Positions 1 to 13,449 of a stretch of 64,000 nucleotides of DNA are shown here, piece by piece; within the stretch, counting starts at the first letter, position 1, and every line of letters starts with the position of its first letter. The stretch lies in assembly GCA_951406725.2 (NCBI GenBank), contig OX597818.1, forward strand, positions 37,944,001 to 38,008,000, written 5' to 3'. The position numbers and the translations under genes were made by a program. Below the pieces are notes generated by a model. It searched no databases. It was given only the letters and a program-made list of their open reading frames with translations, and had not been told where the DNA came from. Origin of the DNA: Octopus vulgaris (Eukaryota).

Positions 1-198
1 ACAGGAAAAATAATCCAGAATCCTTGTCTGGTACCAGATAGATCCCAAAATTTAATCAGTTCATGCCAGTCACGAGGCCAAACAACCCTGAAAATTTCAT
101 TTGAATTCATCCAGCAGTTCTTGAGAAATCCTGTCCGTAGACAAACAAGCAAACGCAACCATAAATAATACCTCTGCCTTTGCTAAGGCGGAGGTGTT
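1..198 (+). mobile_element. 3' end of a Helentron/HINE-like element, truncated by the window edge
   Basis: Terminal hairpin acctctgcctt-tgct-aaggcggaggt preceded by a (gaca/aaca)-type tract. Confidence 0.5.
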
Positions 199-739
199 AA
201 ATAAGCATTACTGTTTGAATGGATTATGTGAATGCTAAAAGGTGAAGGTATGTGGCTTAGATTGTAAGGTCGTGAGTTCAATTCTCACTGATGCGTTGTA
301 CCCTTGAGCATGACACTTTATTTCATGTTACTCCAGTCCACTCAGCTGGCAAAAATGAGTAGTACTTGTAATTCAAAAGGGCCAGCCTTTTCACACTCTG
401 TGTCACATTGAATTTCCCCGAGAACTACATTAAGGATACATTGTGGTGTGCTCAGCCCCTTACACATTAATTTCATGAGCGAGCTGTTCTGTTGATCAAA
501 TCAACTGGAACCTTTGTTGTCATAAGTGACAGTGCCAGTCAAAGAGTTAAACACTAGCTCAGTGAACCATGAAAGTTTATGAAAGGAATGTTTAGTTAGA
601 TAATTATGAATGACTGAACCTTGTTGATGGTAGTTTAATACCTAAAGAGTTCATGGTTAAGATTCTGACACCAATACTATAACATTGAAGAGCCAAAACA
701 TCTCTTATATTGCTAAAATCTCTTTAGTTTTAAATGGAG

Positions 740-1062
740 GAGGAGACCCCCTTCGGTCATGAATGACCATGGGATTGCACCTAGAAAGTTACCCTCAAAG
801 GCACAAGTCCAGACGAGATTGTTTGTGGAAGGCCAGCAGTCGCCCATGCATACCAGCCTCTCTTCTCCACACCAAAGGAAATGCAAAGGCCGATACAGCT
901 TGGCACCAGTGATGTCACAACTCATTTCTACAGCTGAGTGAACTGAAGCAACATGAAAATAAAGTGTCTTGCTCAAAAACACAACAAGCAGCCCGGTCCA
1001 GGAATCAAACTCACAATCTCACAATCATAAGCTCGACGTTCCAACCACTAAGCCATGCGCCT
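740..1062 (-). mobile_element. tRNA-derived SINE family C (other copies 30781-31117, 50569-50845; related elements 245-540 and 60795-61070)
   Basis: Shared gaccatgggattgcacctagaaagttaccctc and aaataaagtgtcttgctcaag; tRNA-like head on minus. Confidence 0.85.
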
Positions 1063-2644
1063 AGTTTTAAATAGCTACCACTTAATAGTATAGTGGATGG
1101 TGTATATAAGCACTGTAACTTAATGCTTCATTAACTAACTCCACCACCATGAGCATAGTTTGGTGAGCGTGAGCTCAGGTTGAATTCTCCTTTTATCTTA
1201 TACTTATTTCACTCATCGAACTACAGCCAGGCTGGGTCAATGCCTTGAAGTGGTTAGTCAAACAAATCACCCCAGTGCTTGTTTTAAAGTCTGGTACTTA
1301 TCCTATTGGTCGCTTTTGCTGAACTGCTAAGTTATAAGGATATAAGCAACCAGCATCAACTGTCAAGCAGTGATCAGGCAGGAGAGAAAGCACAAAATCA
1401 CACATATATATATACAACAGGCTTCCACGACAGTTTCTGTCTACCAAACTCACTCACAAGGCATTGGTCAACCTGGGGCTATAGTAGAAGACACTTGCCC
1501 AAGGTACTGTGCAGTAGGACCAAACCTGAAACCATGTGGATGGAAAGTGAGTTTCTTAACCACACAGCCATACCTGCACCCCTGTACATCTTGTCAAGAT
1601 AAAATGTTTAAGTGGTGCTCCTAACACCCAATGGCCTTACTTTATCTTTTAGCTTGTTGTTATTAATATTAAGGGAGCATGTTGATGAGAACATTCAAAA
1701 GTAGTTACTAAGCAATTTTAGAAATTATAATTCCCAATGTCACTTCATGGCCATTAATTCAGGGAATGAGAGTACATGAAATTTTTGCTTTTATAAAGCT
1801 GGGTTCACCTTAGAATGAAATTGGATCATGGACCCAGATGACTAGAATTTATATCTGCTTCTCAGAAATTATATTAGCAAGCAAAGTGACTTACATCAAA
1901 GCTCCCAAGTAGGCTAATGATCAAATATTGTGTTGCTTAGCAACTAACTTAGAGAAACTAGTTCAAATAACAATGATTAACAGTCTTATCTTTTACTTGT
2001 TGCAGTCATTGGACTATGGCCATGCTGGAGCACCAACTTGAAGGGTTTTAGTGAAACAAATTGACCCCAGTGCTTATATATATATTTTTTGTCTTAAGTC
2101 TGGTACTTATTCCTTCAATCTCTAATGCTGAACTGCTAAGTTATGCGGACATAAACAAACCAACACCAGTTGTCAAGCAATGGTGGAGGGCAAATGCAAA
2201 CACACACACACACATGATGGATTTCTTAGTCCAGCTACCAAATCCATTTACAAGGCTTTGATAGAAAACATTTGTCCAAGGTACCATGCAGTGAGACTGA
2301 ACCCAGAACCATGTGGTTGGGAAGCAAACTTCTTATACTGCCATGCCTGCACCTATCTTTAGATAATGTTATTGAAGAAAAATATTCTATTTATTAGGGA
2401 ACAATAAATTTTGTGGTTATCTTTCTTTTTTTCTGCTTTAAATCAATTATCCATTCATTTTAATGTTCTGTCACTGAAGGTGTAATATCAATATTTGTTA
2501 CTACATCAAATATTCTAGCACCGACTAAACTATTATCTTAATTCTCTCTCTTCCTTCAGCTACAATGGTCTCTATTTACCAAAACTCACTTAATGTCATA
2601 AACACTGAAAATTCCTCTTGACAACATTATCATCCCTAGTACCT

Positions 2645-2877
2645 ATTTCTTTACTACCCACAAGGGGCTAAACACAGAGGGGACAAACAAGGACAGATAA
2701 TGGGATTAAGTCGATTACATCAACTCCAGTGTGTGACTGGTACTTAATTTATCGACCCCGAAAGGATGAAAGGCAAAGTCAACCTCGGCAGAATTTGAAC
2801 TCAGAACGTAGCAGCAGACGAAATACCACTAGGCATTTCACCCGGCGTGCTAACATTTCTGCCAGCTTGCTGCCTTT
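2645..2877 (-). mobile_element. tRNA-derived SINE family B
   Basis: Head ggcagc(g/a)agctggcagaaa(c/t)gttagcacg; target-site duplication ttatcatc(c/t)ctagtacct on both sides. Confidence 0.9.
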
Positions 2878-3610
2878 TATTTATCATCTCTAGTACCTCC
2901 TTATCACTCACCTTTTCTATGTAACAACTAACAGTTGATCTGCTAGAAATAGCAGTTAAATTCTCTCATCACACCTCACCATCTTCAGAACTGGAGACAT
3001 TCAACACTGTTCTAGCTGTACAAAAAGATGTGATGGTCAAGGCTGGAATGCCTCAGTCAGAGCCAACCTAAGACTTAACAATGTTTTCATATGACGTCGC
3101 CTAGGCAAACCAGTGATGTTTACATTCCCTGTAAACAATACATCCAATAGTTCTGTGGTTTCAAAGACAATCATGTAGATCTGTTTACATCCCTTATAAA
3201 TAATACATCCTCAAGCTCAGCTTTCATGCCAGCATGAGTTGGATAGAGACTTATTAGCAATTAGCCATAAGGATGAGCTCAGTCTGTTTCAGTTGATTTA
3301 GAGAGATAATGGTGATATAAGCTACTTCAAGTGAATTAAGTCTGTAGTGTACAATGCATACATGTTTGGTTTGCACATAGAAGATCACCATTATTGGCAC
3401 CACCTATTGTAAACAGTGTATGTGTATTTATGTTATAGTGCAGGGCCGTGCTGCGTTGGGGGCAAGAAGTTGTACTTATGTTTCTAACCTGTATCAATTG
3501 CAGTGTGTGAATCGAATATTTAGTAAATTTGTTTGTACACATCGTATCAACGTGTATAATTCATATCAATGTTTATGCATTTGTGTATGTACATATTTTT
3601 ACTTTAATTA

Positions 3611-4008
3611 GGTGCAGGAGTGGTTGTGTGGTAAGTTGCTTGCTTACCAACCACATGGTTCTGGGTTCAGTCCCACTGCATGGCACCTTGGCCAAGTGTC
3701 TTCTACTATAGCCTCGGGCCAACCAAAGCCTAGTGAGTGGATTTGGTAGAGGGAAACTGAAAGAAGCCCATCATATATATGTATGTGTGTGTGTGTTTGT
3801 GTGTCTGTATTTGTCCCCCCAACATCGCTTGACAACCGTTGCTGGTGTATTTACGCCCCCATAACTTAGCGGTTCAGCAAAAGAGACTGATAGAATAAGT
3901 ACTAGGCTTCCAAATAATAAGTCCTGGGGGCGATTTGCTCAACTAAAGGCGGTGCTCCAGCATGGCCGCAGTCAAATGACTGAAACAAGTAAAAGAGTAA
4001 AAGAGAGT
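3611..4008 (+). mobile_element. tRNA-derived SINE family A (other copies: + 11399-11818; - 1190-1580, 1985-2352, 6260-6622, 52490-53060, 54995-55388, 63720-64000; fragment 6718-6880)
   Basis: Head gg(c/t)gcaggagtgg(c/t)tgtgtggtaag..gggttcagtccc with A/B boxes, central microsatellite, shared tail gactgaaacaagtaaaagag. Confidence 0.9.
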
Positions 4009-4203
4009 ATATCTATCTATCTATCTATGTATATATATATATATATATACATACATATATATATCTTGTTGTATGTGTTTGTATCATGTTAATATGTATG
4101 TGTAATATAAGGGATTAGGGAATTGTATTGGCTTCAATATGTCTGTTTGTGTCTGTTGCTCATCTCGGATTACAACAAAAATGGATTTGCGTGCATGCAT
4201 ATA

Positions 4204-5464
4204 CGAGGGGGTGTTCAATAAGTAATGCCCCTGATCCACTTCCCATAGCAGTAGAGCAACAAAACTTGGCACAGTTATTAGTCTTTTTCTGCCATCGTTT
4301 GATGCAGCGCTGGAGACCGTTTTTGTAGAAGACCCCAGCTTGGTCCTCCAACCACGACGTGACTTTAGAAATCAAGGCTGCATCATCTGTGAAATGCTTT
4401 CCTTTCAAAAAAACTTCATGGCTGGGAAGAGGTGAAAATCAGAGGGTGTAAGGTCAGGAGCGTAGGGGGGATGGGGGAGGAGTTCATAGCAGCACGCCTG
4501 TGCTTCTGATCTGGCGACACGCGAGTTGTGAACCGGAGCGTTGTCCTGCAGGAGGAGGATGCCTTTGCTGATCTTGCCCCACCTCTTGATTTTGATAGCT
4601 TCTCATAATTTCCTCAAAAGTGAAGCATAATAGGCTCCTGTAATTGTGGTACCCTTTGCCAGGAAATCTGTCATCACTACTTCGTCCTGGTCCCAGACGA
4701 CTGTGAGCATGACCTTGCCAGCGGAGCGCTGCACCCTTGCCTTCTTTGGAGGAGGTGAGTCACGGTGCTTCCACTGCATTGACTGGGCTTTGGTCTCTGA
4801 ATCATAGTGATGGACCCAGGTTTCATCCTGTGTAATCAGTCTTTTGAAAAATTTTGACTCATCTTCTTGGCACATCTCCAAATTCATCCTCGAGCACTCG
4901 ACGCGTTCTTGCTTCTGGAAAGATGTGAGCAACCTGGGAATCCATCTGGCAGACACCTTTTGCATATGCAAATGGTCATGAATGATAGTTTCCACAGACC
5001 TGGTACTAATCTTGACCTCATGGGCTATTTGGCGAATAGTTATGCATCGATCTTCCAAAATGGCAGCCTCAACTTGACGGACAGATGCCTCATCAATGGC
5101 AGAAGGGGGTGACCAGATCTGGGAGCTGTTTCCACAGAGTTCCGACCATGTTTGAATTCACGATGCCAGCGTTTTACAAGGTCATATGATGGGGCATCAT
5201 CACCATAAGTTACTTTCATTTCATCAAAAGTCTCCTGTGGTGTGCGTCCTTTCAAATACAAAAACCGGATCACTGCTCGACACTCAACAGGTTCCATTTC
5301 ACACTTGACTCAGTTCAAACACCTGTAAATCAGAAACTACAATTAGCTCAGAGCTGTAATTCGCCACTTAATCTATAGAGATATAAATAATTGCACATGC
5401 AAAATTTCAGCTAGATCAAACAACTGCAAGTGGGTCAGGGGCATTACTTATTGAACGTCCCTCG
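4204..5464 (-). mobile_element. Full-length mariner transposon with disrupted transposase
   Basis: About 30-bp TIRs (cgagggggtgttcaataagtaatgcccctga / tcaggggcattacttattgaacgtccctcg), TA on both sides; ORFs 5040-5297, 4603-5058 and 4160-4408 plus intervening frames show WIPRLL, DETW, QDNAP and YAPDLTPSDFHLF; frameshifts and stop present. Confidence 0.95.
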
Positions 5465-7872
5465 TATGCTTGTGTTCTGTGTGTTGTACAGATAGGGATG
5501 TATATTTGAGTGTGTGTGTAACTGTATTTGCAAAATGTGTTGTGTTTGTGTGTATATGCACTTACTATGTTGAGATTCATGATTATAGTGTTATTAGTGT
5601 GTTTGTATGGTAGCATGTAACCCAGTACAACCTGTTGCATGGTCAGGTCGTTGGCGACTAAACCGGCAACCCCACCAAGCTTGCTTGGTGAGGAGGGTGT
5701 TTATTGGACACCCTGCGGGATGAAAAACAAAACCCGTTAAAGGGCGGAGGAACTCTCGAGAGTCAACAGCCATCCAATAAATGCCTTAAGGCTGTATCAT
5801 GCGCGGGGACATATAAATAATCAGACTGAATACGCGATCGCGCGGTTAAACCATTGGGAGTGAAGGACTCCTAGCCTTTGTTAGGGCATCCTTCTAGGAG
5901 AAGGTAACTCAGGTAACTGGGATAACTCCGACATAAAACCTGCGGCTCAGTGGCTACCGATGATGTTGACTTGTTCTTCTTTTCAGATTATGGCTGCTGT
6001 TGCTTAGTGAGTGAGATTGACTCAGTGCACAGCCTTTCCTCACTTTAAAAAAAAATCTTCTTGCACAGGCATTGCACAATAACAACATTGATTAAGTTTC
6101 ATGCAATGGCCATACTCGATAATGAGTGGGTAGCCACCATGTGTTAATATGTGTGCAAGTTTTACCAAGGTTTTGCCACAACACGAACTATCACAACAAA
6201 AACTCCAATGACAGTTTGCATTATATATGCCTACATTCACACACACACAAAAACATTTGATTTTTTACTTCTTTCTGTCATTAGATTGTGGCCATGCTGT
6301 GGCACCACTTTGAAAAAATTTTAGTTGAACGAATCAACCCCAATACTTTGTTTTAAAGCTTGGTACTTATTCTATCGGTCTCTTGCTGAACAGCTAAGTT
6401 ACGAGGATGTAAACACACAAACACCAGTTGTCAAGCAGTGGTGGGGGATACACACACACACACACACTCACTACTTTCAGTTTCCCTCTACCAAATTCAC
6501 TCACAAGGCTTTGGTTGGCCTGAGGCTGCAGAAGACACCTGCCAAGGTGCCATGCAGTGGGGCTGAACCTCAAGCTATGTGGTTGGGGAGCAAACTTCTA
6601 ACCACACAGCCATGCCTGCACCTTACATGATAAACTGCATGCACACCTACTTACATGCAGTGCTGTCTTAAGTCATGGGTACACAGGACTGTCCTGGAAG
6701 TCCTATAGGTCTCCTCTCATTGCTTGACAACTGCTGTTGGTTTGTATATGTCACTTGTAACTTACCAATTCAGCAAAAGAGACTGACATAATAAGTACTA
6801 GACTTTAAAAATTATATGTTCTTGGGGTTGATTTGTTCAACTAAAACCCTACAAAGTGATGTCCCAGCATGGCCACAGATTTAACCAGCCTTGACCATCA
6901 CATCTTTTTGTACAGCTAGAACAGTGTTGAACGTCTCCAGTTCTGAAGATGGTGAGGTGTGATGAGAGAATTTAGCTGCTATTTCTAGCAGATCAAGAGT
7001 TAGTTGTTACATAGAAAAGGTGAGTGATAAGGAGGTACTAGAGATGATAAATAAAAGGCAGCGAGCTGGCAGAAATGTTAGCACGCTGGGTGAAATGCCT
7101 AGTGGTATTTCGTCTGCTGCTATGTTCTGAGTTCAAATTCTGCCGAGGTTGACTTTGCCTTTCATCCTTTAGGGGTCGATAAATTAAATCTTTGCTCTTT
7201 CTAAAATTCGAGAGCTCATAGTATGGTTAGCTCCAGAGACTGAAACAATTAAAAGATGAAAGATCCTCTTGCTTTTACAGTTTTTGTTACTTTCCTACAA
7301 ATATTCAATATCAGTTACATTGTTTTAAGTTTTGCAATAATACTGGGCTACCACAGTTTTCTTATGTAATTTGCACCTAATTTTAATTAAGTATCAAGTA
7401 TTCTTTTATTCTAAAATTAAGTATTCTTTTATAACTAATAATGTGTTAAATGTTATTTAGAATTTTCAGAAAAAAATCCAAAGGTAATTAAATATACCAC
7501 CTGTCCTACAATACATAAGTGTGTGAATGTGTGCACATGTACATTTAGTACCTGTTGTTACTTCCTTACCATGGTTTCTGTTGGCATCAAGATTTTGGGA
7601 TAAAGCATTCATCAACAGGCTTTTGTAGTAGTTAAAAAAAGCAAAATACAAGATAATCACTTAGGTGCTTCATATATAAAAACATTGTCAACCATGCTCT
7701 TCACACTGTGAGATAGGGGTTGTAAATGCAACCCTCCATGGGATAACATATATCCAATATACTGCTAGTGAAGTACCCAACAAAGTTAATACATAAGTGT
7801 TAAGAATTGCGATGCAATTAATTCATTTACTTATTATATGGGCAAAGGTAAAATGTTTTACCACAAATTCAT

Positions 7873-8160
7873 AATACAAAATAAGAAAATGGAGAAATAC
7901 ATCTAAATCAAATATCAATTACCAGATAATACCCAATCACATACTTTATTAAACCACCACATAAGATGTAGTCTATATTTATATTTACTTATATTTATAT
8001 TCTCTTATACATATTGTACTTATTGTATCACATTACTCCTTTATGTACACTGTTTTGTTCTACATTAAAGTCTCTTATGTGGTGGTTTAATAAAGTATGT
8101 GATTGGGTATTATCTGGTAATTGATATTTGATTTGGTTGTATTTCTCCATTTTCTTATTT

Positions 8161-8193
<33 letters not shown>

Positions 8194-9113
8194 TTAAATA
8201 ATGAGGGTGATAAATTGAATATTAATTTAATTAACATCAATTTAAAACCAGTAGCTAGCATATAGAAAAATCTGAAAATTCATAAAAATTGTAATACATG
8301 CGTATAATAGGGATGACCACTAAGTGGACATCCAATATGCTAGAAGAAGATCACCTACGATCTAACTACAAAGAAAAGAATGTTCTCTAGAGAAATTCAG
8401 CAAACACCAGAACATAAGTGGGTAAGAATGATGAAAATGTATAAAATACAGAATTAACCATAGACCGGTTTCATCATCACCGATTTTACTTACGTAATCA
8501 TCATCCGTGGACTCTTCAGTACAATCGTTCCAATTCAATATAATTTGTAGAACTCTACAACTGGGTGTCCACTTCGTGGTCATCGCTATTATACACATGT
8601 ATTACAATTTTTCTGAATTTTCAGATTTTTCTATATGCTAGGCTACTGGTTTTAAATTGATATTGATATTAATTAAATTAATATTCAATTTATCACCCTC
8701 ATTATTTAAATTTTAAATAATTATGTTCTCTAATCGGCAACATTAACTACAGTGAATTATCTACTGTGGAACTGTTTCCAGGACTTAGTGCGCCAGAACT
8801 TAGACATTTGAAAGTAACCCCATTGTAATCGGTAGAACTATACACACGTCTAATTTTATAAGGACAACTAGTGTATAGTTCTACAAATTATATTGAATCG
8901 GAATGATCGTACTGAAGAGTCCATGGATGATGATTACATAAGTAAAATCTACGATTAATTCTGTATTTTATATATTCTCATCTTTCTTACCCACTTATGT
9001 TCTGGTGTTTGCTGAATTTCTCTAGAGAACATTCTTTTCTTTGCGGTTAGATCGTCGGTCATCTTCTTCTAACATATTGGATGTCCACTTAGTGGTCATC
9101 CCTATTATACGCA
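7873..9113. repeat. Cluster of long inverted repeats (7873-7966/8073-8164; 8193-8332/8565-8710; about 8300-8560/8880-9113)
   Basis: Direct reverse-complement matches read from the sequence. Confidence 0.85.
8458..8524 (-). ncRNA. Minimal type I hammerhead ribozyme-like motif
   Basis: ttgta-CTGAAGA-gtc..gat-GAAAC-cg-GTC-tatgg; the sister copy near 8907-8956 has a perfect stem I atcgta/tacgat but lacks GAAAC. Confidence 0.55.
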
Positions 9114-9925
9114 TATATATATATATACATACACACACACACACATATTTAGTGTAGATAGTTGGGGTAAATCACAGCTGTTTCCTCTTGTGTGTATGTG
9201 TGCATGCACGCAGTGTGCATGTGCATCACTCTCTCTCGTCTTCCTGATTACTATCTAAATATAAACACTTGATCCAAATGTGAAATTTATATTATTTAAT
9301 TGAGTTCCACCATAAGCTTTGGCATGATTATAGCTGGATGCTCTTCCTAACACCAACCACTTTACTGTGTGTCCTGGATGCATATTTTTTTCATGCCACC
9401 AGCACTAGTGAAGCCACCAAGTAACCTGTAAAACAGGAAAGGAACAAGAAAAAACACCTATGACTAATTGGGGACAGTATTTGAGACAGGAAGGTGGCTA
9501 TTTGCCAGTGTACTTTTGTAGACAAGTCTAGGATCAGACATTAAAAAAATAATATTTAAATTTTGTTTAATTTTTAATCATTTTTAATGAATTTCCAATA
9601 TTTGTTCTTGATTGTTCTACAAAGAGAAATACTTCAAAATAGCACCTATATTCTTTAACAAAGCATTTGTTAAGCCATACACACCCTTTCATACACACAT
9701 GTATTTACATATCAATATATACACACATATATTTACATGTATATGTACATATACACATATATACATGTTTTACATATACATATATATATACATATATATA
9801 TATATGTATTTTTTTTTGATGCCACATATAAAAGCATTATGTATAAAATTCAATACAAGATATATATATATTTTTTTTATATTGAAAATTATATATAATT
9901 AAAGCTTCCAGATCAACATCATCAT

Positions 9926-9931
9926 TTTATT
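9926..9931 (-). promoter_or_regulatory. Candidate polyadenylation signal AATAAA for the P3H-like gene
   Basis: tttatt on plus about 310 nt past the stop; such hexamers are common in AT-rich DNA. Confidence 0.25.
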
Positions 9932-10239
9932 GCTTTACTCTTGTGTTGATTGTCAATAATTGTATTTTGTTATTTGATATAGTTCAGCTTTGGTATTAGA
10001 ATTTGTTCAAATTTGCATTTTGAGTGCGAATGTGTGAGCAAGGGTGTGTGTGTGTGTGTATGTATGTGTGTGTGTGTATGGGGTGAGTGTTTTTATCGAA
10101 AGACTTTTTGAGTGGCTTTTCCTCTTGTCAAACTTTGTGAGGAAGACAGTAAAGATGAAGATGTCTATTGAAATTATTTACATAAAAATATTAATAATAC
10201 ATTTTTTTCACAGCATGAAGACATATCTTAAAGCTAAGC

Positions 10240-10563
10240 CTACAATTCTTCATTTTTATTTGATATACTGTCTGTGTTCTTTTCTTTTGAAGAAATGTCT
10301 GTGGAAGAATCAGAAGAATTTGGTTGGTCTTTTTCACTATCATTGTCACCACTGTCAGAACTAGATTTTTCACTTTCCTGTCGATCTTTCTTTACTTGTT
10401 TTAGAATTTTGTGAGCTTGGCTATGAGCCAGTTCTTTGAAGTCTGGATCTTGAGTATACCACATAGCCAAACAACAGCGCTGGCCTTTTATAACTGCTTT
10501 CACTCCATGATAATCTGCAGCATTAAAGCCAACTAGTCTTCCACACTTTGGTTTCATAGACAA
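10240..10563 (-). CDS. P3H1: P3H-like terminal coding exon: distal His (YHGVKAV), 2-OG-binding Arg (QRC), acidic Ser-rich tail, C-terminal NEEL
   Basis: ORF 10240-10563; acceptor ctttttatttccag; KPKCGR, HGVKAV, RC..A.W.T.DP motifs; TAG at 10240-10242. Confidence 0.97.
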   Translation of the reverse strand: MSMKPKCGRLVGFNAADYHGVKAVIKGQRCCLAMWYTQDPDFKELAHSQAHKILKQVKKDRQESEKSSSDSGDNDSEKDQPNSSDSSTDISSKEKNTDSISNKNEEL

Positions 10564-11398
10564 CTGGAAATAAAAAGAGAATCATCATTATCATAATCAT
10601 CATTTAATGTCCATGTTCCAATTTGACAATATCCCATGGACCCATAAACTGCATTGTGTTTTACTCTCTACTTTAGCATGGTTTCTTACAGCTGGATGTC
10701 CATCCTAATGCCAATTGCTTTACAGAATGCTTTTTCATGGCACCAGCACTGAGGTTACTATGCAGCTTACAAGACTATGAACCCCGAGTGGTGGTGAGGC
10801 AGGTTTAGAGATGGGGGATAAAAGTATGAGAGAAGAGGATAGAACAAAATTGTAATATATGGAGAAGCAACAACGTTGACCAAAATAAGTAGAAATGGCA
10901 TTTAAGGACTGAATTTTAACGTCTTCACTTCTTTGAAGGTACTCAGAGATACAGCAGGAATCCTTATTAATTAAAATAGTCAGAATCTTTGTTCTTTCTA
11001 AAATTCGAGAGCTCATAGTATGGTTGGCTCCAGAGACAATTACAAAGTATTCTTTGAGCCAAAGGAGCTTTTATGTAACCAATCAATCTGCTAGAAATAG
11101 CAGCCAAAGCTCCCTCAGATTACATCCTGATGTCTTCAGAAAAAAAAAAGCAGTCATTCATATGTAAAAATACTGGATGGTTAGAGTAGAATGCTTCCAA
11201 TCATAGGTTTGCTCAATTAGGACTGAGCTTAGATTAAACAATAACAACATACCCATTTGCATAAATCAGATATAAATAGGAAAAAGCTCAATAAATCATC
11301 CAACATCTCAAGCAGGTGACAAAAAGGGCAGTGCTTGAAGTTGAGCAGCACATAGTAACCAACCCTGACAGTGAGATGTTATGGAAATATGTACATTC

Positions 11399-11818
11399 AG
11401 GCGCAGGAGAGGCTGTGTGGTAAGTAGCTTGCTTACCAACCACATGGTTCCGGGTTCAGTCCCACTGCGTGGCATCTTGGGCAAGTGTCTTCTACTATAG
11501 CCTCAGGCCGACCAAAGCCTTGTGAGTGGATTTGGTAGACAGAAACTGAAAGAAGCTCGTCATATATATATGTATATGAATATATATGTGTGTGTGTGTG
11601 TGTGTTTGTGTATCTGTGTTTGTTCCCCCCAACATCACTTGACAACTGATGCTAGTGTGTTTCCATTCCTGTAACTTAGCGGTTTGACAAAAGATACTGA
11701 TAGAATAAGTACAAGGCTTACAATGAATACGTCCTGGGGCCGATTTGTTCGACGAAAGGCAGTGCTCCAGCATGGCCACAGTCAAATGACTGAAACAAGT
11801 AAAAGAGTAAAAGAGTAT
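11399..11818 (+). mobile_element. SINE family A copy
   Basis: Closely similar to 3611-4008 throughout. Confidence 0.9.
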
Positions 11819-11819
11819 T

Positions 11820-12420
11820 CAAAGCAGAGACTTCACTTCCAGTTGGTCCTTTTGGGCAATCCTCATGCAAGCCAGATTACTGACAATCCCAAAGAATGCA
11901 CAGAACTCATTGCTGAATGCTATGCAGGCATTTTTATGATTGAAAACCAAAACCTACCATCTCCTTCACCCCTGACACCAAATTCTATAACTATGGAATT
12001 TACACCTGCAATGCTGCAATGTCACCTGAAGAATAAGTGCAACTATGCCTCTCCTGATCTTGATGGTGTTACATACATGCTTCTCAAACGTAGTGGTTAC
12101 TTTCTTCTGCTCCAGCTTTCACTCTTCTTTCAGTTCTGTCTTAACAATGGTGCTACCCCCGGAACAGTGGAAAACTGCCAGTGTCATTCCTCTGTTCAAA
12201 AAGGGTGACCACACATTACCTGTCAACTATTGTCCAGTCAGTCTTACTAGCTGCATTGCCAAACTGATGTCAGAGAAACACTCTGGAACTTCTGGAATTC
12301 TCACAGCCTTATCCATCCCTCACAATTTGAATTTATCCCTATCTCCAGCTGCTGTGATCAACTTATCAAGTTTAACGAAGACATCACCCGGGCCATTGAT
12401 GGTGGAACCAACACTAATGC
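11820..12420 (+). mobile_element. CR1/Jockey-group LINE reverse transcriptase fragment
   Basis: ASPDLDGV and PEQWKTASVIPLFKKGD...NYCPVSLTSCIAKLM across ORFs 11684-12208 and 12045-12431 (frameshifted). Confidence 0.85.
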
Positions 12421-12744
12421 TTTTTATGTGACACCAGCACCAATGCTTTTATCTGGCACCAGCACCCACACCAATGCTTTTTGTGTGGCACCTTGATTTT
12501 AGGATCTCAATTCTGTTGTGGTGGTCAGGACAGTTTGAGTACAGCATTGTGCCACATACCTCTGTCTTCTGTCATCTCCTTCATAAGGATCAACATTTTG
12601 AGATTGGCCTTCAATACTTCATCTCATGTAATATAGGCCCAAATTTGCATATATGATCAGGGGTTATGTTTTGAGACATTTTTTTGAAAAAAAGTGTCTT
12701 ATATCTCATCAAATATACTATATTACTAAAGACTAATACTTTAC

Positions 12745-12817
12745 CTGTTCTGACTTATTTGGATAAGCAAAGATGAATTCTCCTCCTGTGAATTCTCCAT
12801 TTAAGTAGATGATGGCA
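12745..12817 (-). CDS. P3H1: P3H-like exon, SAIIYLNGEFTGGEFIFAYPNKSEQ
   Basis: Acceptor ttttaattctag, donor gtaaag, 73 nt, phase 2-0; YLN..F.GG.F motif of P4Hc-type dioxygenases. Confidence 0.96.
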
Positions 12818-12964
12818 CTAGAATTAAAAGATATCACAAAAACATATAATATAGTTTCATTTCATGGTATTATTTAAACAGAAAATGTAGATGTAAAAGT
12901 AATGCAGATGTGTGAATAAGTTCTTCTCAGAATTGATTGAAGGAACCCGAGGGAAGAACATTAC

Positions 12965-13079
12965 CTGTAATCTCTTTGTATATAGGCTGGTACTTCTTTT
13001 AAACAGGTACCATCAGGCTGAAGAAGACAGTTGTCTGCATGGATTGGATGAGATAAATCACTCCGGTCTAATTCATCTT
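12965..13079 (-). CDS. P3H1: P3H-like exon with HxD iron-binding motif, EDELDRSDLSHPIHADNCLLQPDGTCLKEVPAYIQRDYS
   Basis: Acceptor ttttgtcctcag, donor gtaatg, 115 nt, phase 1-2; SHPxHxDNC and PAY..RDYS motifs; H-A-D at 13033-13041. Confidence 0.97.
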
Positions 13080-13449
13080 CTGAGGACAAAAGGTAAAAGT
13101 TTTAAAAATTACTTATTGTCATCAACATCAGCATTGTATGTTTTTCACTGCTGACATAAATTGAACAAGTTTTTCCATCCTTGTTTTTGTATACATTCGA
13201 TGCTTTCTTCCAAGGAATCTTATGCTCTTAGCTTAGTTTTTTCTTGGGGCTGGCCAGATTGGAGCAATCTCAAGATTAATCAGCCGAAATTGCGAGGATG
13301 ATCTGGTTCTTGATTGAGGATAGAAAGCTTCGAATGACCCGTCCTTGTTTTTTTGTATTGTCTATGTGGATGTTTTGTTGTCCCTTTTTGTATCACCTAG
13401 TTGTCTGAATGTTTTGCGTTCTTGTCCCATTTTGTATTTTATATATATA

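Noticed and set aside
3611-3690. tRNA-like sequences at SINE heads
   Set aside because: No full cloverleaf; each continues into a repeated SINE body
4204-5464. Mariner as a domesticated or active transposase
   Set aside because: Frameshifts and an in-frame stop; ordinary dead copy
5640-6050. GC-richer block possibly a promoter or structured RNA
   Set aside because: Resembles a LINE 5' UTR fragment; no ribozyme or gene model could be fitted
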